NCBI GenBank assembly: GCA_030612605.1
Contig: JAUWNO010000001.1
Coordinates: 1-24,370, forward strand
DNA length: 24,370 bases
Direction of reading: 5' to 3'
From: Armatimonadota bacterium
GTDB taxonomy: Bacteria > Cloacimonadota > Cloacimonadia > Cloacimonadales > TCS61
Below the pieces are notes generated by a model, which worked only from the letters and a program-made list of their open reading frames with translations, was not told the origin of the DNA and searched no databases. Shown here one piece after another: positions 15,285 through 24,070 of this stretch; positions within the stretch are counted from its first letter, which is position 1; each line of letters opens with the position of its first letter. Both the position numbers and the translations under genes were made by a program.

Positions 15285-17684
15285 TTATTTCCCAATCACA
15301 ACAGTAGTTTTCTTTGCATATACTTTTTCAGATTCGCGTGAAGTTGCTTCCATCAAAACAATGTAAACTCCGATGGAAAGATTCCTGCTGTTATCTCCTC
15401 TCCCATCCCAGATCAAATCTCCTTCGCTCGCTTGTAGAGTTTGATCAACTAATTTTTTTACTAGCCTTCCTTTCAAATCAAAAATCCGGATTGTAACACG
15501 ACTCAGTTTTTCCGGTAATTTAAAGCTGAAAATTGTCCTTTCACTCTGATATGGTGAGAATGGATTGGGATTCACAGAAAGCTTCACATTAGATGGTAAG
15601 ACTTGAACAAAAATACTGTTTTGAGTTCCCGGAGTACACACATTAACCGCAGGTCCCCAGTTCTCTGGATTCGCAATTATTCCGGGATTTACCCTCTCGA
15701 TGGAAACTCCTTTCAAATCATCATTCCAATCCGAAATATAGAAGAAACTTTCAATCTGGTTATCGCATTCATCAATGATAGAAATTTGTTCTCCATTATT
15801 GGAAAGAGAACCAAGTCCGGTAAAAATAGGAATATCTTCCAAATCGTAATTTGATTGTAAAAACTGAATATCTTCGTTGGAATTTGTTATCAAAATATAC
15901 TCATTCTCTGAAAATGGAATAGAAATAGTATCTTCATCTACAATAAGAAAAAACTCCTCCAATGCAAATATAAAATCGTTTATTTTCAATTCCAGCCATT
16001 CCGGTTCTTCTTCATTGGGATTGTACATAATTTCGTTAACTACAAAAGGAAGAGCATTATTATTATAAAAGCTAAAATCAATATTATTGTATTCATTCAA
16101 ATCTTCAATTGAAATTATTTCATATTTAAATGTTGTGTAACCTATTGGAGTAATATCTGTTAAGAATATAAAAAGAAGCGAATCTAAAATTGCAATTTCC
16201 TGCTGATAAATTTCAGTTTCAGAAATATCGTCATCTAAAATGGTCGAGCAAATAAAAACTGCATCTGTAATATTTTCCAGACCAATATTTTTAATAATAA
16301 CAGAATGTTCGATCTGGTTTTGCTGAACTTCGAAGCTATCAGCAACAAGCTCTAAATCTTTTTCTGCAGGTAACACACTGTTCTGAAAAGTTGGAGTTGC
16401 ACCCATGCTATCCTGGCAAACATCCCAAACAATATTTTCATCGCTGAACGGATTGACTCTTTCGATAGAAAAATTCGTTGGGCAATTGTTTCCTTCATAA
16501 GATGTAGAATCGAATTTTGTTTCGTACTGATCTACCAATTTGAGACTTTCTTCTGTATTATTCAAAGCAGTCCAACTTTCCGCTTCTACTATTTTATCAG
16601 GATTTGTTTCAGGATAGATTTCCAAGAGTAAATTTGGGTCTTGGCACACAACCATAAAATCTTGAGAATCAATAGAGCCGGAAAAGCTGATTTGACCGCC
16701 CGATGCATCGATTATTGCGAAGTTATCCACAAGATATCCACTTGCAGAACGATTGAAAATTTCAATCCATTCCTGATTGCTCACAGCAGGCTTAAACATT
16801 ACTTCATTCAAAACCAGAGGAGAACTTCCAATTAAAATTGAACTTGATGCCGAGTTGTTCTCTAAGTTGTTATCAAAAAGATAGTTAACTGTTATTTCGA
16901 CATTATAATAACCTGCAGAGAATGAACCAAGCTCACAGGAAAAAGCAATATAACTTTCAGGCAGAATCTCTGGTAAATCATAAACGTTGAAAACACTATT
17001 ATTAATGGTGATTTCCAAGCTTGCTGTTGAGTTATCCACAATTTCTGTGGATAAATTGAAAACCTCTGTTTCCAACCATAAGATGCCCTCTATTTCAGTA
17101 ATATTCAGCTCATAAATTGCCAGATCTATCGGATATATATTCGGTTCTCCGGGAGTTGGATTTTCACATTCAAAAAAATCAATCTCGCAATTATCAGAAT
17201 CCTCTCCATCATGTTTTCGAGCGAGAGTATTTCCGCTACTTACGTCAGGAGCAAAATATTGACCCGGAGAAGAAATATCATCAGGAAGATTATTTGAATT
17301 TGGCGAGTCATATAAAACTGTATCAGTATAAATTGCATCAGCAGATACTATCCTGATCCCATCGGTTGCAGTTCCACCATTTTGAAAAACTAAGGTTGTT
17401 GTTATATCTGTATTTGGAACAAATTCTTCACCAATTAAAATGAAGCTGTCCGGTTCAATTATTATCTCTGGGAAAGTAAAAACATCGTCAAAGCTTGTTC
17501 CTGCTTTCTGGATTATCCAGTTTTCCAGATTTACCGCTTGTTCTCCTGCATTATAAAGCTCAATCCATTCATAACCTGTATCTGCTCCTGTTGGATCGTA
17601 TAATACTTCATTTATTACGATATTTTGAGATAATAAGAATGAAAAAATACTAAACATAAAAAGAAAATAAATAATTCTTTTCAT
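15285..17684 (-). CDS. Secreted protein with three lamin-tail domains, Ig/CARDB-like linkers and a C-terminal FlgD-Ig/T9SS-like domain
   Basis: Signal peptide; IVINEVLYDP..EWIELYN, LVLNEVMFKP..EWIEIFN and FVVNEIMYNP..EWLEL; C-terminal PNPFSP..IFDLKGRLVK..WDGRGD..GVYIV. Confidence 0.85.
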   Translation of the reverse strand: MKRIIYFLFMFSIFSFLLSQNIVINEVLYDPTGADTGYEWIELYNAGEQAVNLENWIIQKAGTSFDDVFTFPEIIIEPDSFILIGEEFVPNTDITTTLVFQNGGTATDGIRIVSADAIYTDTVLYDSPNSNNLPDDISSPGQYFAPDVSSGNTLARKHDGEDSDNCEIDFFECENPTPGEPNIYPIDLAIYELNITEIEGILWLETEVFNLSTEIVDNSTASLEITINNSVFNVYDLPEILPESYIAFSCELGSFSAGYYNVEITVNYLFDNNLENNSASSSILIGSSPLVLNEVMFKPAVSNQEWIEIFNRSASGYLVDNFAIIDASGGQISFSGSIDSQDFMVVCQDPNLLLEIYPETNPDKIVEAESWTALNNTEESLKLVDQYETKFDSTSYEGNNCPTNFSIERVNPFSDENIVWDVCQDSMGATPTFQNSVLPAEKDLELVADSFEVQQNQIEHSVIIKNIGLENITDAVFICSTILDDDISETEIYQQEIAILDSLLFIFLTDITPIGYTTFKYEIISIEDLNEYNNIDFSFYNNNALPFVVNEIMYNPNEEEPEWLELKINDFIFALEEFFLIVDEDTISIPFSENEYILITNSNEDIQFLQSNYDLEDIPIFTGLGSLSNNGEQISIIDECDNQIESFFYISDWNDDLKGVSIERVNPGIIANPENWGPAVNVCTPGTQNSIFVQVLPSNVKLSVNPNPFSPYQSERTIFSFKLPEKLSRVTIRIFDLKGRLVKKLVDQTLQASEGDLIWDGRGDNSRNLSIGVYIVLMEATSRESEKVYAKKTTVVIGK

Positions 17685-17932
17685 ATCATTTCCTTCAGAC
17701 GAAAATTTAATATTTCGTCTTTATTGACCGCATAAGATACAATAACAAAAAGAACTGACGCCCATTAGTGCCAATAAATAATTTCTCTGAAATCCTAAAT
17801 AGTGTAAATTTTGTGTCTCGTTGAACGCTGAGGAGACCATAAATACCTTGTTAATAACTAAAAAATCCTCAATTTACTAAACTTTGGAGGATTGTGCGAA
17901 AAAATCTTCATTAATTTACAGGCAACAACTTA

Positions 17933-18250
17933 CTAGAGTATTTTAATACCTGTTTCAAATATTTCTTTGGCAAGAGGATTTTCTTTTGTAAAATCTTTTG
18001 GATTAAACGGTAAAACCTCAATATCACTGCTTATACCAAGCGTAATTCTTCTAATCTTGCTTCGGTCTTTAATTCTAATCCCTTCAAAAACATTGGAAAC
18101 AATTGCTAAATCGATATCGCTCCATTTACTGTTTGTTCCATTTGCATAGCTCCCAAAAAGAAAAACACTTTGTATTTGGAAATTTTCTTTATTTAGCGCA
18201 GTTATGTAGTTATCGATTATTTTTCTAACTCTATCCGGTAAACCAGCCAT
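17933..18250 (-). CDS. Minimal nucleotidyltransferase (MNT; MntA-like antitoxin)
   Basis: LFGSYANG....WSDIDLAIV motif; 105 aa; overlaps the HEPN gene. Confidence 0.9.
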   Translation of the reverse strand: MAGLPDRVRKIIDNYITALNKENFQIQSVFLFGSYANGTNSKWSDIDLAIVSNVFEGIRIKDRSKIRRITLGISSDIEVLPFNPKDFTKENPLAKEIFETGIKIL

Positions 18251-18618
18251 TGATGAAACTCCTTTATCTTATTAAAAAACTTCTTCGTATATTCTTCTGT
18301 ACACAATTCGTAGAAATCCTGTTTATAATCAGGATAACGTACTTCCAAATTAAAATCATTTACTTCATCAAGGAATATCTTATCTTCCTGCGTTAATTGT
18401 AACCTGCCTATTTCTGCTAATTTTACAAGGTTATGAATTTTCGGTGGAATTCTATTATTGCTGTTTTGAACATATATTGCCTTAAGTACTTTTTCCAATA
18501 CCAGATGACCAATAAATAAACACCAAGCATATTTGCCTGAATCAAATAAGCTTTCTGCAATTTCCAAATCACGATTAGCACTTTTCAGCCAATATCCAAT
18601 ATGTTCTTTAATCGTCAT
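18217..18618 (-). CDS. HEPN domain protein (putative HepT-like toxin)
   Basis: W...A..DL..AE.LF..GKY.W.LF..HL..EK.LKA, PPKIHNL and RYPD; 133 aa. Confidence 0.9.
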   Translation of the reverse strand: MTIKEHIGYWLKSANRDLEIAESLFDSGKYAWCLFIGHLVLEKVLKAIYVQNSNNRIPPKIHNLVKLAEIGRLQLTQEDKIFLDEVNDFNLEVRYPDYKQDFYELCTEEYTKKFFNKIKEFHQWLVYRIELEK

Positions 18619-18695
18619 TGATCTTTCTCCGGTTTATTGTTCTGTTTTTTCTTATTTTTTTATCCCTTTTTCTCTTAAGAAATTCATTTTTTCTG

Positions 18696-20222
18696 TCAAT
18701 GTTTAAATATCTCTTCAATAATATCTGAAGGAATGATCGATGCCGGCTTCCTGGTTTGTGCCAGTTTCTCTGCTGTTTTTCCCATCAGAAAAGAAGCAGA
18801 TATTGCAGCATCTCTAAGAGACAATTTCTGTCCTAAAAAAGAAACTATAATGCCGGCAAGAACATCTCCGCTTCCGCCTGTGGAAAGCCCATCATTTCCA
18901 GAAATATCAAAAATAAATTCTTTTCCATCAGTAAAAATCGTGGTGGCGCTTTTCAGTAAAACACAACATTTATATCTTTGGGTAAATTCTTCTAATGCTT
19001 TGAGAGGATCAGCTAAAATTTCTGGAATCGATTTATGGGAAAGCCTGGCAAATTCTCCAATATGAGGTGTGAAAATAAACGGTTTATTGATAATTAGTTT
19101 TAAAATATCTTCATTTTCAGATAATATGTTCAAAGCATCAGCATCCAGAATTGCAGGTTTTTCCCAATTCTGCAAAACAAAATTTATCAGCTCTTTTGCT
19201 TTGGGAGTCGTGCCCATTCCAGGTCCAATCAGAAGAGCATCCATTGAGGAAAGTTTTTTAGAAAAATCATCTAACCCCTCTGTTTCTGGTTTTCCAGAAA
19301 CATCTCCCCTTACAAAGGGGAGCTCGGGAATTGAATAGGTCATAACTTCCAGAAGTTGGGTTTCAAAAATCAGGCTCATCTCTTTTGGATGAAAGAGTGT
19401 TATTAATCCTGCTCCGGAACGCAATGCTGCTCTGCATGCCATAATTGCTGCTCCAGAAAAACCGGGAGAGCCGGCAATAATTCCTACCCTTCCATATTGT
19501 CCTTTATGGGAAAGAGGAAACCGTTTTGGATATTTCACATTCTGGTCGGTAATAAGTTTTGCTTTAGGAGGAAACTTTTTATAGACTTCGTTTGGAATTC
19601 CAATATCAATTACTCTTACGATTCCGCTTTTTTCTCTGCCTTTTTCTATAAAATGTCCATATTTAAAAGCAGCCATTGTCAGTGTGTAATCTGCATTTAC
19701 AGCAACTTCTGCTTGTCCGGTATTCGCATCGACTCCACTGGCAATATCAATGGCAACAACTAGCTTGCCGGAGTTATTTATCTTATCAATTATGTCTGCT
19801 CTCCATCCTCGCACAGCTCCCTGTAAACCAATACCGAAAATGGCATCTACAATTAAATCAAACTCCGAAAGATTATTCAGTTCTTCAGTATTCTCAACAC
19901 TTACAATTTCAATTTGAAGTTCTTCACAAGATTTGTAATTTTCGAAAGTTTCAGGACTCATTTTGTCGGTGTTTCCAAGCAAGAAAACTTTTGGATGATA
20001 TTTCCAATTTTTTAGATAACGAGCAATAACAAAACCATCTCCCCCGTTATTGCCGCTACCGCAAAAAACAGCTATTTTGCTTTCCGGTTTCAAAATTTCA
20101 TCATGTAGGAATTCACTACATCCTTTGCCTGCTTTTTCCATTAATTTTTTGCCGGGAATACCGATTTTTTCAATTGTATATTTATCTAAAAAATACATCT
20201 CTTCACGTGAAAGGATATACAT
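18696..20222 (-). CDS. nnr: Bifunctional NAD(P)H-hydrate epimerase/dehydratase (NnrE-NnrD)
   Basis: LMEKAG, CGSGNNGGDGFVIARYL, VDAIFGIG, IDIASG, HKGQYG..GS.GFSGAA, IGPGMG, LDADAL, TPHIGEF, LLKS and GGSGDVLAG. Confidence 0.96.
   Translation of the reverse strand: MYILSREEMYFLDKYTIEKIGIPGKKLMEKAGKGCSEFLHDEILKPESKIAVFCGSGNNGGDGFVIARYLKNWKYHPKVFLLGNTDKMSPETFENYKSCEELQIEIVSVENTEELNNLSEFDLIVDAIFGIGLQGAVRGWRADIIDKINNSGKLVVAIDIASGVDANTGQAEVAVNADYTLTMAAFKYGHFIEKGREKSGIVRVIDIGIPNEVYKKFPPKAKLITDQNVKYPKRFPLSHKGQYGRVGIIAGSPGFSGAAIMACRAALRSGAGLITLFHPKEMSLIFETQLLEVMTYSIPELPFVRGDVSGKPETEGLDDFSKKLSSMDALLIGPGMGTTPKAKELINFVLQNWEKPAILDADALNILSENEDILKLIINKPFIFTPHIGEFARLSHKSIPEILADPLKALEEFTQRYKCCVLLKSATTIFTDGKEFIFDISGNDGLSTGGSGDVLAGIIVSFLGQKLSLRDAAISASFLMGKTAEKLAQTRKPASIIPSDIIEEIFKH
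19273..19322. repeat. Double-hairpin repeat inserted in frame in nnr
   Basis: TGTTTCTGG-tttt-CCAGAAACA (19281-19302) and CTCCCCTT-aca-AAGGGGAG (19304-19322), both perfect stems. Confidence 0.7.
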
Positions 20223-20315
20223 CTTATTCCTCCGATAAAATTATTTTAAAAGTTGAGTCTTAAGTAGAACTATACAAAGCACAAATCCTGCAGGGATGAT
20301 ATTTTTTTTGATGCT

Positions 20316-21755
20316 TTATATAATAAAAAATAATAAATATAAAGATACTCCTGTTACAAAACCCCAAATAGCTGCTTTTCCAGCACCTTTAGATTTTGTA
20401 GGTTTAATATCATTCCAAACAATGTATAGAATTAAACCAATAATTGGGAAAAGAAAGCATAAAATACCTAATTTTCCAATTGATTCATCATCTATCGGGG
20501 TTATGTTTCTCTGGATATGTTGTGATTTTTCAGGAAGTATTATCTCAAAAATTGAGCCCTTGATAGAGCTTTCCAGAACGCGAATCTTGCCATGGTGGTA
20601 TTCTTCGATGATTCTTTTTGCTAAACTAAGCCCCAATCCCCAGCCGCGCTGCTTGGTTGTGATGCCGGGATTGAAAATATTTTTATACATAGATTTTGAC
20701 ATTCCAATACCTTCATCGCTGATTTGGATATAGATTTTATCTTTTTTACTAAAGGCTTTAATAGTGATTTGCCCTTTTCTATTTTGCATCGCGTCAATAC
20801 TGTTTTTTATGATATTCTCCAAAGTCCACTTTATCAGGTCCGGATCGATTTTGATTTCTTTATTTTCAATCTCACTCTCAAACTTAATAGTTATTTTTTT
20901 AGAAATACTTGGCAATCTTCTTTTAAAAAGTTCTACAGTTTCCAAGATTGTATCATGCAGATTCGTTTTCTGATGAATCAATATTGAACCGACTTTCCCA
21001 AACCTGGAAGCAATTTTATTAAGCCTGTCAATGTCTGCATTCATACATCGCAGTATTTCCTGCATTTTCGGATCATCTTTCTTTTCCTGTAATTTCAAAG
21101 AAAGAATATTCAGCCATCCTCCCAAAGAAGATAAAGGAGTTCCGAACTGATGTGCTGTTTCTTTTGCCAAACCTACCCAGATGATATCACGTTCATTTTT
21201 CTTAAGAATTATCACTCCATAAATTCCCAACAATAAAAAAATTAAAAAAAGTCCAGTCCCGATATAAGGCATCAATTTTAATTCTATTAATGTTTTGGAA
21301 TCACCAAAATAAACAAAGCTGTGAACTTTTTCGTCTTCCACATTGAATTTCAGCGGAATTACATTTTTTTGTGATTCCATCTTCCTGACCATTTTCAGAA
21401 GAACCTTTTGCTGTTTCGAATCTAATTCTGAAAATCTTTTCTTTTCAATATCTATATTTTCCCACGAAAAAGGAATTTTCAGACTATCAACGAGAATAAT
21501 CGGGTAATCGATTCTGGGAATGATTTCTTCCATAAAATATTGGAATAGAAAACGTTCCAGGTTCACACTTGCCGGTAAACTCAGGAATTTTGAATAAAGG
21601 TCCGGAACCACCTGAACATCTTTGCGAATATTGGTGAGAAGTATATTTGTGTAAATGATGAAAAACATCAAGATAAGTAAGCTTCCAACCACAAAATAAA
21701 TTTTTAGAAATCTATTTTTTCTACTCGTTTTTTTTTGCAATATCCCAGATTTCAT
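20316..21755 (-). CDS. Membrane sensor histidine kinase with an extra 70-aa C-terminal two-TM tail
   Basis: Two N-terminal TMs, H-box KETAHQFGTPLSSL, N-box ENIIKNSIDAM, G1 DEGIGM, F/G2 FNPGITTKQRGWGLGL; hydrophobic tail after FEIILPE. Confidence 0.92.
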   Translation of the reverse strand: MKSGILQKKTSRKNRFLKIYFVVGSLLILMFFIIYTNILLTNIRKDVQVVPDLYSKFLSLPASVNLERFLFQYFMEEIIPRIDYPIILVDSLKIPFSWENIDIEKKRFSELDSKQQKVLLKMVRKMESQKNVIPLKFNVEDEKVHSFVYFGDSKTLIELKLMPYIGTGLFLIFLLLGIYGVIILKKNERDIIWVGLAKETAHQFGTPLSSLGGWLNILSLKLQEKKDDPKMQEILRCMNADIDRLNKIASRFGKVGSILIHQKTNLHDTILETVELFKRRLPSISKKITIKFESEIENKEIKIDPDLIKWTLENIIKNSIDAMQNRKGQITIKAFSKKDKIYIQISDEGIGMSKSMYKNIFNPGITTKQRGWGLGLSLAKRIIEEYHHGKIRVLESSIKGSIFEIILPEKSQHIQRNITPIDDESIGKLGILCFLFPIIGLILYIVWNDIKPTKSKGAGKAAIWGFVTGVSLYLLFFII

Positions 21756-22494
21756 CTAATTTCTCCAAACTGCTTTCAAGCATATTTTTTCCGTTTTTTC
21801 TGAAGTGCTCTTCGATTTTTCTAAAACGTGTTTCAAATTTTTTTATAGTTCTTTTAAGGGCAGATTCGCTATCAAATCCCAATTTGCGAGAAATATTCAC
21901 AATCGAGAAAAGCATATCTCCGAGTTCATCTTGCATATTTTCTATGTCATCATTTTTCAAAGCTTCTTCAAATTCAGAAATTTCTTCTTTGAGTTTCTCG
22001 ATTGCAGGCATCACGTTGGGCCAATCAAATCCAACAGAAGCAGCTTTCTCCTGCATTCTTTGGGCTATTATCAATGCCGGCATTGTTCTGGGAATTCCGT
22101 CAATCGCTGATGTGCGTGAGTGTTTTTTCTCTTCAAATTTTATCCTTTCCCAATTCATTTTAACGCCGTAGGCATCCGTGGCATGCCCGTCGGCAAAAAC
22201 ATGAGGATGACGACGAATAAGTTTCTCGTTTATTTTTTTAAGAATATCTTCCAGCTCAAACCTGTCATTCTCTTTTGCTATTTGCGCCTGCATGATGATA
22301 TGAAGCAAAATATCGCCAAGTTCTTCAGCGAGATGTTCATAATTTTTGTTTTCAATTGCTTCGATGGATTCATAGAGTTCTTCAATGAAATTGGGAATCA
22401 AAGACTCATGAGTCTGTTTAATATCCCAGGGACAGCCCTTTTCAGGATCACGAAGTTTTTCGATGATTTCAACTAACCTGTCAAATTCCTTCAT
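21721..22494 (-). CDS. mazG: Nucleoside triphosphate pyrophosphohydrolase MazG (two-domain)
   Basis: LRDPEKGCPWD..QTHESL, EELGDILL, KLIRRHPHVF, GFDWP, DELGDMLF and KFETRF. Confidence 0.96.
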   Translation of the reverse strand: MKEFDRLVEIIEKLRDPEKGCPWDIKQTHESLIPNFIEELYESIEAIENKNYEHLAEELGDILLHIIMQAQIAKENDRFELEDILKKINEKLIRRHPHVFADGHATDAYGVKMNWERIKFEEKKHSRTSAIDGIPRTMPALIIAQRMQEKAASVGFDWPNVMPAIEKLKEEISEFEEALKNDDIENMQDELGDMLFSIVNISRKLGFDSESALKRTIKKFETRFRKIEEHFRKNGKNMLESSLEKLDEIWDIAKKNE

Positions 22495-23407
22495 CTGTTT
22501 CCTCTTTTACGGCAATTTCTCGTTCCCATCTTCTTTCTATTATCCTGTTCCTGATTTTCTTTCGGATAACTCCAATGATCAGAATCAAAGGCAAAACACC
22601 CCAGATAATTCCGGTTGAAGCCAATAATATTTCTGCTCTAAAATGGGTTTTGGAATACTCCTCAAAAAAGGCAGAGAAGTCTTTTGGCGTAAAGTAAAAA
22701 CTTTTCAGGAATGCAGAATCGAAATTCCTGTTTGGAAAAGAATTTTCCCATAACCTATAAAATTCCTTTCTTCTGTGATTGTAAAGATATTTTACTGCCA
22801 AGCCGGATTTAGCATAAAAACTTTCCCATTCAATCCGGTTTTTGGGATAATTATATTTCATTCTCTCTAAGGTGCGTGTATTTCCTAAAATATAATTCTT
22901 TATGAAATTGAATTCTCTATCTATTCCCAAATCATTGGAAAAATAAACAGCCATTCCCTCATTAAACCAGAGTGGCGGATTCTTCCAGAAATGATTCACA
23001 AAATGATGAATATATTCGTGCAACAGAATTCTGCGAAGCGCTGTCAGGCTTTTTAGATTTTTAGGATTTTTTATGTAGATAGTTTTATTACGATTGTTGT
23101 AAAATGCCAAACTGAATTCCATTATTTTCGAGCTTTTATCGATCCATTTTAGATATTCTTTTTCATCTGGAGCGATTACGACCACCACAGGAATATCTAA
23201 ATATGCACCTGCTTTTTTCTGAAAATCCTGAATATCATCATCAAATATTGAAGCAATATTTTGTGCTACTTGCAGGTCTTTATTATCAGCAAAAAGAAGA
23301 ATATTTTCATAAGTAATTTTTTCATATTTTATAGTACTCGGAAACAAATTGATAGAAAAAAGGAAAATTAATATAAGACTGTTAATTAAAAGTTTAGAGG
23401 GATTCGT
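22481..23407 (-). CDS. Peptidase MA-like (gluzincin-type) membrane-anchored protein; start uncertain (TTG 23347 or ACG 23407)
   Basis: LLHEYIH and PLWFNEGMAVY motifs, C-terminal TM. The frame stays open upstream of 23347 and encodes a signal-peptide-like stretch. Confidence 0.75.
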   Translation of the reverse strand, partial: TNPSKLLINSLILIFLFSINLFPSTIKYEKITYENILLFADNKDLQVAQNIASIFDDDIQDFQKKAGAYLDIPVVVVIAPDEKEYLKWIDKSSKIMEFSLAFYNNRNKTIYIKNPKNLKSLTALRRILLHEYIHHFVNHFWKNPPLWFNEGMAVYFSNDLGIDREFNFIKNYILGNTRTLERMKYNYPKNRIEWESFYAKSGLAVKYLYNHRRKEFYRLWENSFPNRNFDSAFLKSFYFTPKDFSAFFEEYSKTHFRAEILLASTGIIWGVLPLILIIGVIRKKIRNRIIERRWEREIAVKEETDEGI

Positions 23408-23408
23408 G

Positions 23409-23786
23409 CTATTCTCCAGCGAGTCTTTTTTTAATCAGCTCGTTTAGTTTATTGATGTCGAAAGGTTTGAAAACAACATCCTGCAAACCATCTTTTTTGG
23501 ATTTCACAACAATGTGTTCCGGGTCATAACCGAAACCTGTCATCATGATTATAGGCAGGTTTTCGTCGTATTCTTTTGTACGCGAATAGAGTTCATATCC
23601 ATCCATATCCGGCATAGCAATATCTGTGAGCAGAAGATCGATTCCTCCTTCCATGATAATGCTTAAAGCTTCATAACCGCCACTGCTACAGATGACTTCA
23701 ATATCTTTGTAACTCTCTTCCAATTCCATCTTAAGAAATTCTGTTACGGATTTTTCATCATCTACAATTAATATTTTTGAAATCAT
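23409..23786 (-). CDS. Stand-alone response regulator receiver domain
   Basis: ILIVDDE, LLLTDIAMPDMDG, IIMMTG and VFKPF; no output domain. Confidence 0.93.
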   Translation of the reverse strand: MISKILIVDDEKSVTEFLKMELEESYKDIEVICSSGGYEALSIIMEGGIDLLLTDIAMPDMDGYELYSRTKEYDENLPIIMMTGFGYDPEHIVVKSKKDGLQDVVFKPFDINKLNELIKKRLAGE

Positions 23787-23802
23787 AACCTTTCCTGTTT
23801 AA

Positions 23803-23907
23803 AGCATTTTAGCATTTCAGCATTTTAGCATTTCAGCATTTCAGCATTTTAGCATTTTAGCACTTAGCATTTAGCATTTTAGCATTTCAGCATTTAGCAT
23901 TTTAGCA
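23803..23907. repeat. Tandem 7-8-bp repeat AGCATTT(T/C), 13 full units plus a partial
   Basis: Units read directly; one unit is AGCACTT and three are 7 bp. Confidence 0.95.
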
Positions 23908-24056
23908 ATATTATTGGGGATGGATACTGAAGCTCTTCTAATCTGGTTTGTAATCCCCCACAATTCTTCTTTTGGAAAATCTTTAGTAACTTGATAAATC
24001 TCTAAAACAAATTTATTCGCTTTTTCCAAAACTTTTATTTTCTGTAATTCTCTCAT
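23871..24056 (-). pseudogene. Truncated four-helix-bundle (S23/23S-IVS-protein-like) gene
   Basis: MRELQKIKVLEKANKFVLEIYQVTKDFPKEELWGITNQIRRASVSIPNNIA matches the N-terminal half of the family, then runs into the tandem repeat and stops at 61 aa. Confidence 0.85.
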
Positions 24057-24070
24057 TATATTCTTCTAAG

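Noticed and set aside
23871-24056. Diversity-generating retroelement Avd gene
   Set aside because: The fold family is related, but no reverse transcriptase or TR/VR pair is in the window and the gene is truncated.
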